Origin: Chiloscyllium plagiosum
Lineage: Eukaryota
DNA length: 64,000 nucleotides
Direction: 5' to 3'
Assembly: GCF_004010195.1 (NCBI RefSeq)
Contig: NC_057751.1
Location: 46,979-110,978, forward strand
Shown here piece by piece: positions 38,589 through 51,385 of the stretch. The notes under the pieces are model-generated. The model saw only the letters and a list, made by a program, of their open reading frames with translations. It made no database searches and was not told the DNA's origin. How positions within the stretch are numbered: the stretch's first letter is position 1; every line of letters begins with the position of its first letter. A program made the position numbers and the translations under genes.

Positions 38589-41500
38589 ACTGGGGGAGCA
38601 CTTCCACACCCCAAGGAAGATAGATGTTTGCAACTCTCTTCCTCAAACAGCAATGGGATGCAGGATCAGTTGTTAATGTTAAATCTGAGATAGATAACTT
38701 CCTCCACTTACATTGTACACTGGCAAACAGACAGCCCATCCAATGCCTATTGTTAAAAAGCATGCCTGATTTTAGGAATGCACAGGGGAATGTTAAGTCA
38801 AGGGAAAAGACTAGGAAAGTCGGCAGGAATTGTCACAACCATTCAGGATCTGACATCAAATCACTCCTCACTCGTCTCAAGTCATGAAAACACAAGCCAG
38901 TCAGTCCAACTTTTCCACATACAATAACCCACTCATTTCCAGGTTTCAATCTAATAAACCTCGTTGGAACTAACTCCAACGCATTTACATCATTCCTTAA
39001 ATAAGGAGGTCAAAACCGAATACAATATTCGAGATGTGGTCTCACCAGTGCCCTACACAGGTGTAACAATAACACCTTTAATGTTCAATATGTTTTAAGA
39101 ACGAATAGAATCTATTCCTCTTCCCAATTACATGTTGTAACTGTGTAGTCACTGTTTGTGACTCATGAACTAGAAAACCTAGATTATCTCTGCACCTTGG
39201 AATGCTACACTCATTACCTATTTAAACAATACTCTGCTTCAGTATTATTATTCCAGACATAGCAAACAACTTCATATTTTCCCATATTACACTTTGACAG
39301 GTTAAATGAGGAAACAACAATCTATCCATAACTGGTCTGCAACCTAGTTATGTCACCCTGTCAACATACTTTCCTACCTATTTTTGTTTAATCTGCAAAT
39401 TGAGCCGTTATAACTTTTAGCACCTCGTCTAAGTTATTGAAATAAACAGTGAATAGTTGAGACTTGAGCAGACCACAGCGGGCATCCAATCATCGTACCC
39501 TACCATTCATTTATACATCGACTCGGTTTTCTGTCAGCCAGCCAATTTTCTATCAATGCTAACATGTTACCCCATACACCATGAGCTCCTACCTTCTACA
39601 TCAGCGCAGTGCTCCCTCTGTAGTTGTGATACAACAATGCTTCCTCAGGATCACAATGTGATCCCAGTCTGGATTACTAGCCAAGTTTCTGCAGCTGCAA
39701 CTGAGGGGCATTTCCCACTTTACACTGAGTGGTCTAAACATCTTTCAATACTTTCCCCTCCCCTCCTCCAAACTCTTTCCAGTAACATAGCTGGGATGGA
39801 CCCCACTTTGGACTGTTTCTCACTCAAAAAGACCAAAACTATTCCAATGAAGACAGGAGTTCAAATCCCACAATGCCACAGAAATTAAAATCATTGAATT
39901 CAATGTAGAATAATAACAAAATGTTTGAAAAGCTGCCTATAAACCTAACACTTTGTCAAAGTCCAACCGGCTCATGATGTTCATCCCACAAGAAAATACG
40001 GTTATTTTTACTGGTGAAGTCTCAATCAGATTTTGAATTACAGGGTGAAACTAACTTGTCTGAAATAGCCTCAATTCTTGACAAAACAAAAGCAACAATG
40101 AGAATATATTTGGACAATGGGACACAGCATGCCATGTCAAACCCTCAAAATCCTCCCTGCTAGCTTTCGGCAACTTCAGAGGACCAAGACATACTCAAAT
40201 ATTATTCATACTCTGCTGAACATACCTTCCAGTTGGGACCTCAAGTTAATGCTCATGAAGTCCCAAACCTCATGAGCATTAGTTTGAAATAGAAGCACAA
40301 AATGTGGAGATACTCAGCAAGGCATCTCTGGAGACAGAAAGTGAGTGACGGCATCAGTTGTGATGGATCATTTCTCTCTCCATCGATGCTGGCACATCTG
40401 CTGAGTACTGTCAACTTGTTCTGATCTCACTAGGCTCTACCACCATCCTGGATGTGTCCTTTCCCATCAACTTGACAGACTCACAGGAGGATAGCGTGAG
40501 CCCTCACTATTGAATGACATTGGAGACTAATTGCATCAGGTCAGTGATGGACCTAGAATATGTCCCACTGATGACCAACCTCCCCGATCACTCAGCTGCT
40601 GAATCTGCTTCAGAAGATGACATGATGACAAACACCCCCATTCTCCCTCCACCACTGACTCTCCAAGGGTTGCGATGGTTCAAGGTAACAGTTTATCACT
40701 ATCTTGTAAAGGGGCACTAGAGATGGGCAATAAATGCTGGCCTAGCCAGTGACATCTGCATCTTGTGAGTAAACTAAAAAATAGCAGAGACCAACACAAG
40801 TACAAAAGCATTGGCAACCACACTCATAACATCACAGGAGGTAATTCATCTCATGTCCATATGTGGAGCAGTTCAAGCAATCCACTCTCTCTCCCCATGT
40901 CCTGCAAGTTTATTTCCCTCAAATATCTGTACATATTCCTTTTGAAGTCACGAATAGTCTCCACTTGCACCATCACTATGGACAGCAAATTCCAAGCACC
41001 ACATAATGTATTATAAATTCCTTCCTCAAACCTGTGCACTTCTTGTCCTGCACCTTCAATTTGTGTCTTCCAGTTCTTGTCTCGCAGGACAACAGCTTAA
41101 CTTTGTCTATCTTATCCACACACACAGACACAATGGTGACAGCACAAAAGGAGGCTTTGTGTAAAAACATACATTCTCCTTTTTCCCCCCAGAGCTGCAG
41201 ATTTTCTGGTCTCTTCAGATAATTATCCAACTCCCTTGTGAAAGCCACAGTTGCATTTGTCTCCACCACATTCTCAGTCAGTGCATTTCTAATCCTAACC
41301 ACGACTACATTTACGCAATTTCACTTTACCATCACTTGCTTTGTCAATCATCTTAAATCAGTGCCTTTAGGTTCTCTACCTCTTTGTCAGTGGAATCAAA
41401 TTTTCCCCATCTATTCAGTCCAGATTCCCCCAGGATTTTGTACACCTTTATCAAGTCTCATCTCACTTTTGTCTTCTTGAAAGAGAAGTGTCCAGCCTCC

Positions 41501-42489
41501 ATAATCTATTCACTAAACTATATTTAGCCCAAAGAACAACAATGTCTGTTCATGGATCAAATCCTCCATTTGTCTGCATGGGGTCATCACCTGAGTAACT
41601 TCAGCCTGGGAACTGCACTACTTCAGGGGACAGGCTATTCACCAAGGGAAGATATTTTCTCATCAACCTGTTGAGAAATATTATGACACATCTTGAACGT
41701 TGGCCTCTGGGTTTAAAGATAAGGACACTACCATCGGGTCCTTAGTCATTATGGCTAAGTGACAGCAATTGGTTAAACACAGCAATTGCAAAAGCTCTCT
41801 ACAGTGATTGGAACCATTGCCACATGGATCTCATTGACTGTGAGATTCCTGATCAGGTTTTGTTAACCTGGGCCAGAGAGCGCTGTCTGGCAGATGTAGC
41901 ACAAAATTCTAGGGACCGACTTTGAGCTGGCCTGTTCACAGCCCACGCACAGTGCATATGTCTCAAAAAAGGCTGACTCGGTGACAGGATATCGCCTCTG
42001 TGCAGTTATTTCAACATCATTGCATCTTTTAAGGAAACACAAGAGTATAGAAAAGTTTCATGAGAATGGTTCTGTTGAAGAGTAACTTCATTTCTGGGAG
42101 ATGGAAGGATTTGGGACTGTTATCCTTGGAGAGTGTTTTTTTTAAAAAATGTCGTCCACCCCAGTCCAAATCCGGCTCCTCCACATCATGGCATCCTTGG
42201 AGAGGTGAAGGCTGAAATGAGACCTCAAGGGAGATATTCCAAGTCATGGGGATGTGGACTGAATGGATAGTGAAAAACTGCTCCCATAGTTGTCATAGAA
42301 GGATCAAGAACAAGGTGAAAGAGGTTTAAGCTGGTTGCTATAAGAGGCAGTGATGACATGAGAAGTCCATTACACAGTGAGTGGATAGGGTCTGGAATGC
42401 ACTGCCTGAGAGTGTGGGGCAAGCAAGTTTGACTAGGGCACTGAAGAGAGAAATTAATCACTATCTGAAAAAGGAAAACAGGCAGGGGA

Positions 42490-42823
42490 GATCATAGAAT
42501 CCCTACTGTGTGGAAACAGGCCACTTGGCTGGCAGGTCCACACCAACCCTCTGAAGAGCAACCCACCCAGACCCATTCCACTATCACTCCACATTTACCA
42601 CTAACTGCTGCACATCCCTGAACACTATGAGCAATTTAGCATGGCCAATTCACCTAACCTGCACATTTTTGGATTGTGGAAGGAAACCAGAGCACCTGGA
42701 GGAAACCCACACAGACACGGGGAGAATGTGCAAACTCCACACACAGTCGCCCAAGGCTAGAATCGAACCTGGGTCCGTGGCACTGTGAGACAGCAGTGCT
42801 AACCACTGAGCCACAGTGCCGCC
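42490..42823 (-). mobile_element. HE1/V-SINE-like SINE
   Basis: Same family. Confidence 0.82.
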
Positions 42824-44929
42824 GAGATGAAGTTGGTAAATTGACAGAGTTTATAAAGACACGATGGGCAAAACAATCTCCTTCTGTACTGTATCAATTC
42901 AGTGAAAATCTCACCTCCAGGGCCACTCCCTATTCTGTTAACCATCCTTTTATGTGGCACTCTGAAACACTTATTAAAATCCACGCAGACAACATTCACT
43001 GGATTTCCTTCCGCAAGGTCCTCTGTTGGTTCCATCAAAACAAAATCAGTTAGATTTGTTGACTATGGTGTGTCTTTTACAAAGCTGTGACTGTTTTGAC
43101 CCCCAGTTTTTATTTCTAAAACCTTAAACAGTACAGATCTAACTGGTAAGTCTGTGCTGACGACCAATATCCTTAGATCCTCTCTTGGGAGCAGATACAA
43201 GTGAACACCACTACCTGAAAGTTACCCTCCAAGCCAGTCAATATTCAGAATTGGAAATACATCATCATTCCTTCAGTGTTGCTTGGTTAAAATCCTGCAG
43301 CATCCTCCTTAATATTACCAACAGTGGCTCTACAAGACCACTTGCTCTAAAGCAGTCTGGGATTAGCAATAAAAGCTGGCCTGGCCAGCTTTCTCACGGC
43401 CCATATATAAATTTAAAACTCCAAAAGCCTCGAAACTTTTCTCCCTCTCATCCACATTTTGAGCAAACTGCTGATCATCCCTTCCTAGCCTCCGTATTAG
43501 TTCATTTTATTTATGGCTTCCTTTCCTCAAGTCTTAGGTGTGCCCCTGCCCCCCCCCTCCCCGACAACTTCTTTGAGGTCTGCCAGCATCATCCCTCTCT
43601 AACAACCCTCCAATCTAATGTCTTGGTTCATAAAATTACTCCCCAATCATCACGTTGTCACATCACAAATCCACAACATGAACAATGTTTGACAACAGCC
43701 AGCTTTCCCTCACATACACTTCTGTCAACTTTCCGCCCTCAGATGCGCACCGGAAATCCAATACAGAAAGAGAAGGCATTTCCTCCAATGAAATTTCAGC
43801 AAGACTGAAGGCAATGTTTTACACACCAATCAAAAACTCTGTTCCCAAGCCACCGGCTCCATCCTTCTTCCTGGCAAACATCTTGGGCTAAATGGTTCAC
43901 AAACGCAGTGTTATTCCTGATTTGCAGGATGAGCATGTGGCCACTTCCACCCAATCCCCTGCAAACATCATCCATTCTGATCAACTCACTCACTTTTCTT
44001 CATGAACTCACTGCATGTAGTTATCACTGGAAAGACTCACCTTCATTGAACATTCCTAATTGCAGGAGGTGGTGGTGGTGAACTACCTCCTTGATTGGAA
44101 CGAAATGGCTTTCTGGAACATCTCAGATGACAGTTCAAAGTCAGTCACATGGGTCTGCAGTCAGCAACAGGTCAGACCAGAGAAGGACAACCGATTTCCC
44201 TCGACCAAGACTATCAGGAGCCAGATGAGCATTTACAACAATCAGGCAATATGACAATCACAGTCACAGAGACAGGCTTTTTAATGGAATCAAAATGTTG
44301 TCAGGGTAAAGAAGGATTCTCTGTTTCTGACGGTTAGAATGTCGGTAACTAGGGGTCACAATTTAAAGTTGATCAACAAGAGAGCTAGGATTTAGATGAA
44401 GAGAAACGCCTTTATTTGGTGTTGTTAGGATTTAGAATGGGCGGCTTGGGCAAAAGGCACAGGCAAATTCCACAGGAGGTTTCAAAGAGAAAGTGAAGGG
44501 CAGCAGAAATTGACTTATCTCTGCAGCTCCCTTCAGCACAATCCCCTCATTTTTGGACGGGTACATGGACAGGAAACATTTAGAGGGTTATGGGCTAAAC
44601 ACAGGCAATTTGGACTAGTTCAGTTGAGGAAATCTGGTTGATGTGGATGAGTTGGGCCAAAGAATCTATTACCTTGCTGTGTACCTCTACGACTCTAAGC
44701 GCCTACTAATATATTCCGAAGGTAACTATGCCCTCACTACTGCTTCCCTTAGTTCCGAAATGCAGTCTTGACTGATTTATCAACTTTCATGCAATACAAA
44801 ATTTAGATAAGCCCAAATTCTGCCCACTATGTCCTAATTCACAGCTGATCCATCCAATCCCCACCATCTCGGCTCACTAATTTACTTTGATTTGTGGTCT
44901 GAAAAGAACTGTCTTCAGATATCTCCATG

Positions 44930-45810
44930 ATCAGATATCCCAACCCAATCTAGTCCCACCTGCCAGCACCTGGCCCATATCCCTCCAAACCCTTCCTATT
45001 CATGTACCCATCCAGATGCCTCTTAAATGTTGCAAATGTACCAGCCTCCACAGTTCCTCTGGCAGCTACTTCCTGACACGCACCACCCTCTGTGTGAAAA
45101 GGTTGCCCCTTAGGTCTATTTTATATCTTTCCCCCCTCACCCTAAACCTATGCCCTCTAGTTCTGGATCCCCCCACCCCAGGAAAAAGACTTTGTCTATT
45201 TATCCTGTCCATGCTCCTCATAATTTTGTAAACCTCTGTAAGGTCACCCCTCAGCCTCCGCTGCTCCAGGGAAAACAGCCCCAGCCTGTTCAGCCTCTCC
45301 CTGTTGCTCAAATCCTCCAACCCTGGCAACATCCTTGAAAGGGTTCAGAAAAGATTTACAAGTTTCACAACATCTTTCCGAAAGGAAGGAGACCAGAACT
45401 GCATGCAATATTCCAACAGTGATCTAACCAATGTCCTGTACAGCCACAACACGATGTCGCAACTCCTGTACTCAATACTCTGACCGATAAAAGAAAGTAT
45501 ACCAAACGCCTTCTTCACTATCCTATCTACCTGCGACTCCACTTTCAAGGAGCTATGAACCTGCACTCCAAGGTCTCTTTGTTCAGCAACACTCCCTAGG
45601 ACCTTACCATTAAGTGTATAAGTCCTGTGAAGATTTGTTTTCCCAAAATGCAGCACCTCGCATTTATCTGAATTAAACTCCATCTGCTACTTCTCAGCCC
45701 ATTGGCCCATCTGATCAAGATCCTGTTGTAATCGGAGGTAACCGTCTTCGCTCTCCACTTCACCTCCAATTTTGGTGCAATCAGCAAACTTACTAACTGT
45801 ACTTCTTATG
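44930..45810 (-). mobile_element. CR1 (HER1-like) 3' fragment
   Basis: Closely similar to 24880-25615. Confidence 0.88.
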
Positions 45811-46056
45811 GACTTGTTGGGCCAAATGGGATTCTATGTAGGGATTCTATGATTTAGTTCATGTCAAGTTGTCTCTGTTATGATGGGAGTGGGAGAAACC
45901 AAATGAGGGACAGAGAGAGCTAAGAGTTACCAGACATAGTGACTCATATCTCTGTAACTTCCTCCAGTATAGCCCCACAGATTACAATATGACCCACCTT
46001 CAGAGACCAAGACACACAAAAGAAAGCGGGACAGAATGCCAGCGCCTTACTGGAGG

Positions 46057-46100
46057 CTCACTGATGATGTTACCTAGCATGGTGACAAAACAAGTCTGAG
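46057..46100 (+). ncRNA. Hammerhead ribozyme motif, family C, with a GAAA-to-AAAA lesion
   Basis: CTCA-CTGATGA-T-GTTACC(tagcat)GGTGAC-AAAA-C(aa)GTC-TGAG. Confidence 0.6.
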
Positions 46101-47179
46101 AACAAACTGAGAACAGCGAGAAAACTTACAACCTGAGCCCTGCAGACTTCTCATCCTGCATAGACACCAAATTTAACCTCTCCACCATTGGGGGCAGTGC
46201 CTTCAACTGCCTTGACCCCAAGCTCTGCGATTCCCTTTCTAAATCCCTCTGCCTTTCTCTCCTCCTCCTTTAGGACGCTTATTAAAATCTACTGCAGCAT
46301 GGTGTCAGTTAAAGAACTGAATCCTGAAGTGATCTAATGGTACGTTTTACTGAAGCTCCTTTCAGACACATTGAGGATGATGAGCAGCAGAAACGGAAGT
46401 TGTTCAAGGGACAAATTATTTGAACCATTTGTCTTTTAAGGTGTTCGTCAAGCAAATTCAAGATTCTTAGTGTCCTGTCAGCTTATTCCAGCCGAATGTA
46501 GACCAGGGCACGAACTTCAGCACAAAAACAACCATCAACTCTTCTCCAACTAAACCTCCCAGAGATAGATAGGATGCACACATCTTGTAAATCGACGCTG
46601 CTCTGTTGACTCAATCTCTGGGTCACAATGAAGAGAACCAAAATCCGAGCGGATCCTATGACTCAGCACAGGTTGGGGGATGAGGGGCTTTTCAAGCAGA
46701 TAATCGCTTAGTGGGTTTCCAGAGGAACTGGCAGCTACAGCCGTGTAGCGTTAGAGAGGCTGTTAGAGGGAGAGACTGTAAGACTTCTCGCCCTGGGTGT
46801 TTCCTCTGCACCTCCAGCTCGGTGTCTGCAGTCAGCCCCTGCTGGGGGAGGGGGAAAAAGACAGAGACAGACTGGGCGGCGAAGAGTTGCCCGTGAGGGA
46901 GCTCCTTTCGAACTGCATAAAGTTCTGCCAAACTTGGCAAAATGTTGGGAGGCGACAGAGAGAGGGAGAAAAACACAGAATCCGGAAAAGTGCCTGCCCA
47001 CCCCCCAGCCCAGAACAAAAGGCTGAGAGGCCAATGGGGGGGGGCATGTGGAAGAAGGAATGACGAGGGGAAAAGGAAACGGGAAGAGCAATGGGAAAAG
47101 GAGAGGCTCCTGTACCCTCCCCCAGCAAACAAACTGAGCGCCGCCAGCAGCGAGAAAAACCAAGTTTGCATCGTCTTAC

Positions 47180-47310
47180 CGTGCGGGCCCCGGGGGTGAG
47201 CGATCCGCTGGGGAGGTAAGGAGTAGCCAACTCCGGGATCATGATGAACGGATAAGCAGCGGCGGCAGCAGCAGCAGCTCCCTTGAACAACCCTCCATCT
47301 TGCCTTTTGC
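47180..47310 (-). CDS. tcf7l1: Exon 3 (KRQDGGLFKG-A8-YPFIMIPELATPYLPSGSLTPGART)
   Basis: TTCCCAG acceptor, ACG|GTAAGA donor, 131 nt. Confidence 0.95.
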
Positions 47311-47446
47311 CTGGGAATTTGGGAACATGGCCGAGAGAGAGAAGGGGAGGGGGGAAAAAGTTGGTGAAACTTTGCGAGTTGCCAAGAATGTTGCAAAGCT
47401 GTGAATGCAGAAAGCTCTGGCTCCAAGCTCTCCCTCCCTCACTCAC

Positions 47447-47507
47447 CTCCGTGCTGCTGGTAATCCCGAGCTTTCTCCCCAAAACTCGGCGAGTGTCTGC
47501 GCTCAGT
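47447..47507 (-). CDS. tcf7l1: Exon 2 (TERRHSPSFGEKARDYQQHG)
   Basis: TTTTTTGTGCAG acceptor, G|GTGAGT donor, 61 nt, phase 0 to 1. Confidence 0.88.
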
Positions 47508-47665
47508 CTGCACAAAAAAAAACACAGGCAGAAAGAAAGAAAGAAAGAGCTGTGAAAGTGCCCGGGCCGGGGCCCCTTCCCTCCGTCCCCACCCACCTCC
47601 CGTGCCTGAGCAGCCCAGGGAAGGGGAAGGGGAAGGGGAGCGAGCCCGGCTCCTCACCACCTCAC

Positions 47666-47878
47666 CTCGGTCTCCGGAGAGCCGCTGCTGCTGCTGCTGC
47701 CCCCGCCGCCGCCTGGCGCCGTCTGCTCGCTCTCGTTGACCAGAGACGACTTGACATCGGCGAGGTCCCTGTCTGCGGACACACTGCCCGGCCGCTTGTC
47801 CTCCTGCTCGCCTTCGTCCTTGAAGGAAATCAGCTCATCGTTAGCCCCCAGATCATCGCCCCCTGGAAGCTGCGGCAT
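47666..47878 (-). CDS. tcf7l1: Exon 1, beta-catenin-binding domain ([26 protein letters not shown]...[14 protein letters not shown]...ETE)
   Basis: Canonical TCF N-terminus; donor GAG|GTGAG; 213 nt, phase 0. Confidence 0.97.
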
Positions 47879-47879
47879 C

Positions 47880-48370
47880 TCGCTGGCTCGCACTCTCCTG
47901 CTCCCTCTCTCCTTCCCTCTTTCTCTCTCCTTCCCTCTCTCTGACCACCCTCTGATTGACATTTTGATGGACACCAAACTTCCAAAGCTTTCTCCAATCA
48001 GCAGCCCCTTCGAGGGCGGGACCATCGCCTTGAAATGGACTCGATCCCAGGAATGACCCTTCCCTTTCGCCATCCACCCCCACCCCCTTTCCTACCCTTC
48101 CTTCCCAATCCCACGCATTCCCCTCATCCTCATTTCCACACCAACTCGTCAGCCACACTGCTTCGCATCCCCACAGGCTCACTTTTTGCAACTGCTTCAG
48201 ACTCGTGTTTCAAGCTCCACTCTGGACAGAGAATGCGATCGGGGCTGAGGGGAGACGCGGACAGTCCCTCAGGTAACAGCTCCGGACGCATTTCATTCCT
48301 CAAACCACCACGAAAAACCTTAGAGTCCCAACTCACTGCAGGCACGAAACGAGATCAAAGCAGGCGTGGA
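47880..48370 (-). promoter_or_regulatory. Proximal promoter/5' UTR of the TCF gene
   Basis: CpG-rich; CCAAT at 47994-47998; TGATTGACA at 47953-47961; AGATCAAAG at 48352-48360. Confidence 0.5.
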
Positions 48371-48424
48371 AAGGAACATATTCGGGATGACCCGAAAATA
48401 AGCACTACCATGGACACACGAAAC

Positions 48425-49050
48425 ACCAATACAGGAATCGTCGCAAATAACTACACACAACAGGACAGGAATCAACACACATAACTACACACAACAGGAC
48501 AGGAATCATCGCAAATAACTACACAGAACAGGACAGGAATCGACACAAATAACTAAACACAACAGTACAGGAATCAACACAAATAACTACACACAACAGT
48601 ACAGGAATCAGCACAATTAAATACACAGCACAGGATATGAATCAATGCAGAGAAAAATAAGTCCAGACTCCGGACAGGTATCAACAAAGACAAATAAGTA
48701 CATGAATAGGACAGGAACCAATGGAAATAATTACATACACAAGACAGCAACCAATACATGCTAAAATGATTACAAACCGAGGAAAGAACCAACTGAAACT
48801 AATAACCACACAGTACAGGAATCAACAGAGACAAATGACTACACACTTTTGACTGTAATCAACATATGCTGAAAAGACAACACTCAGAGGACAGGGAGGA
48901 ATAGAACAAACAACTTCTCACAAAAAGGACAGAAATCTACACAGACAAAAGTCTACACAGAGGACAGGAAGCAACATGGAAACTGCTTCCAAAAGGACAG
49001 GAATTAACACACACTCAAACAGGTACAAATGCAGGAAAGGAATCAACTGT
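48425..49050. repeat. 34-bp minisatellite (CAGGACAGGAATCAACACAAATAACTACACACAA), decaying rightwards
   Basis: Units start at 48461, 48495, 48529, 48563 and 48597. Confidence 0.9.
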
Positions 49051-50289
49051 ATCAATAATTGGTTCTTGGGCCAGTAACCAGTTATCAATGTCTCAGAAGC
49101 ACAGAAATATCAAAAATATGAGCTAGAATAGGCTATTCGGCCCTTCGAGTCTTCTCCACCATTAAATATAATCGTTGCTGATCATCCGACTTAGTACTCT
49201 GTTCCCACTTTTACCCTATTCCCTTTGATACATTTCGCCCTGAGAACTATATCCAACTCCTTCTTGAAAACATTCGAAATTTTGACCTCAAGTGCTTAGT
49301 GGCACAGAATCTACAGGCTTGCCACTCCCTCGATAACATTTCAGCCCCTTTGCCTGCCAACAACTATCTGCTTGGTCCTTGGGTAGCTGGGCAACTTGGG
49401 GCTGTAAACAAGATTGGAAGATGCCCTGAACTCAGCAGCTCTCTCGGTTCTCTGTGGTAAAAGCCACTTTAAGCCTGTAGAAAATCTGTTTTCTTTTCAC
49501 ATTTGCTGGAAGCTGTGATTTTCAATTATCGATCTGAAAAGCTTCTGTGTCTCCTGCAAACCAATGAATGCCTCTGGAGAAGGAAATCTAAGAATCAGTT
49601 TTCTGATCAGCACAAAGAATCATCTCAGGTGACCCTTTGAACTGCTTTCTTAGTTTTTCCCTCCACTCACATTACCTATGCTTTCCTTCCTGTCTCAGTG
49701 TAGGTGCAGATAAGGGGGAGATTGTAAGGGGATTACAGGTCTGTACTTCTGAAGCACAATGCAAGTGGATGAGAGCAGGTACCATGATGGTTGTGAGGAG
49801 GTTGGCAAATGCTGGGTGCCATTGTCCATGGATGAGGGAAGCACATAGCTCAGGGCCATGAATTATGCCCTGAGATGTAGTTTGGTTGTATGAACCAAGG
49901 GGATCTTTTGGTGCAAGCAGCAAGCTGAAGTTGTCAGGTGCCCGCTCTGTTTTCCACATTGATTTCTCCTAACATCAACCCAGTTTGTTGAGCTTGGTAG
50001 GATCAGAAGATCAATACCAATGAGGTGAGTAGATCCTTTAACAAGGGTTTTAACAAAAAATTCCCCATCCTGCCAGTGCAGTTGATTCCTGGAGATATTG
50101 TACCATAAGCTGATCATTCAGGATCCAAAACACTCAAGAACATAAACCCAGTGCAAGAAGAGAGATCTACATTTCTATAGTCTGTCATAACCACAGAATA
50201 TCCTCAAGTATTTACAGCTGATGAGATAGTTTTGACATGTAGATGCTAATGTAAAATCACAAAGGAGGCAGACAATCTGGATGCAGTGA

Positions 50290-50418
50290 TGATTTGGAGA
50301 TGCCGGTGTTGGATTGGGGTGTACAAATACAACACCAGGTTATAGTCCAACAGGTTTAATTGGAAGCACTAGCTTTCGGAGCGACGCTCCTTCATCAGGT
50401 GGTTGCGTGATTTTTAAT
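50290..50418 (-). mobile_element. Penelope-type repeat, family B
   Basis: Direct repeat TGGATGCAGTGA at 50278-50289 and 50419-50430; related copies at ~52155-52445 and ~42135-42192. Confidence 0.7.
50367..50401 (-). ncRNA. Minimal hammerhead ribozyme motif, family B
   Basis: CAC-CTGATGA-A-GGAGC(gtc)GCTCC-GAAA-GC-TA-GTG; palindromic AGCT stem III. Confidence 0.7.
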
Positions 50419-50498
50419 TGGATGCAGTGAGGTTGTGTTTCTGGTGCTGCCAGTGGTTTAGCATTTCTACCTCAGGATGAAGATATCCTAACTTCAAG

Positions 50499-50671
50499 GT
50501 GAAAGTGAGGACTGCAGATGCTGGAGATCAGAGTCTAGATTAGAGTGGTACTGGAAAAGCACAGCAGGTCAGGCAGCATCCGAGGAAAATTGATGTTTCG
50601 GGTAAAAGCCTCTCATCAGGATGCTGCCTGACCTGCTGTGCTTTTCCAGCACCACTCTAATCTAGACTCTG
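50499..50671. mobile_element. Penelope-like fold-back insertion, family A
   Basis: Inverted arms; direct repeat TCCTAACTTCAAG at 50486-50498 and 50672-50684. Confidence 0.8.
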
Positions 50672-50839
50672 TCCTAACTTCAAGCTTACTATAGCACTCA
50701 AAACACATAGAAAAGGAAGACTGATCTGCCAGTGGGGTGCTGAGGACATGTTGTCAGTCAGAAGTGTTGTTTTTCAGCTGAAGAAGGTCTTCGACATTCT
50801 CTCTCATTCACTGAAGTCAGTTGGAGGTAAAATATTGCC

Positions 50840-51042
50840 AGTCAAAAAGTGTGGTGCTGGGAAATCACAGCAAAGGTCAGGCAGCATCCAAGGAGCAGAA
50901 TGTCAGGATGTCATTCCTAATGAAGGGCTTATGCCCAAAATATTGACTCTCCTCCTCGGATGCTGCCTGACTTGCTATGCTTTTCCAACACCACACTTTC
51001 TGACTCTGACTCTCCGTCATCTGCAATCCTCACTTTCTCCTA
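50840..51042. mobile_element. Older Penelope-like fold-back insertion, family A, hammerhead core decayed
   Basis: Inverted arms around CTAATGAAGGGCTTATGCCCAAAA. Confidence 0.7.
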
Positions 51043-51169
51043 GTTGGTGAAATATTGCTGGTAAAACTTTGGTTTAAGTAATGGCTGAGGGATCTTTTAC
51101 ATCTAACTGATAAGGGATACAGACCCAAGGATTCATGGCTCATCTGTGAATCAGCAGCTCCAACAACGC

Positions 51170-51385
51170 ATGCAGTACTGTCAGAGGGTCAATACTGAGT
51201 TAGTTCTGCACTTGTGGAGGGTCAGTACTGAGGGAGCACCAAACTGTTGGGAGGGTCTGTACTAAGGAAGTGCTGCTGCAGAGGGTCAGTACTCGGGGAA
51301 TGCCACACTGCCAGAGGGTCAATGCTGAAGGTGTGTTGCACTGTCGGAGGTTCAGTATTGAGAGAATGCAGTACTGTCATAAGTG
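51170..51385. repeat. ~33-bp tandem repeat (CAGTACTGAGGGAG..CACTGTC.GAGGGT); related array at ~11000-11125
   Basis: About 6 diverged units. Confidence 0.75.

Larger units (their letters stand above)
5457..47878 (-). other. tcf7l1: TCF7L1 (Tcf3)-like HMG-box Wnt effector gene, full coding span, 12 exons, 548 aa
   Basis: Exon lengths 213+61+131+78+133+103+87+123+160+108+55+395 = 1647 nt, in frame. TCF7L1-type residues: [40 protein letters not shown]. No C-clamp exon found. Some TCF7L2-like residues, so the paralog call needs a phylogeny. Confidence 0.8.

Noticed and set aside
46692..47944. Several long overlapping ORFs around exons 1-3
   Set aside because: By-products of GC-rich sequence and read-through of short introns
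48425..49050. Regular repeat arrays as CRISPR-like arrays
   Set aside because: Head-to-tail units without unique spacers, eukaryotic context, no cas genes
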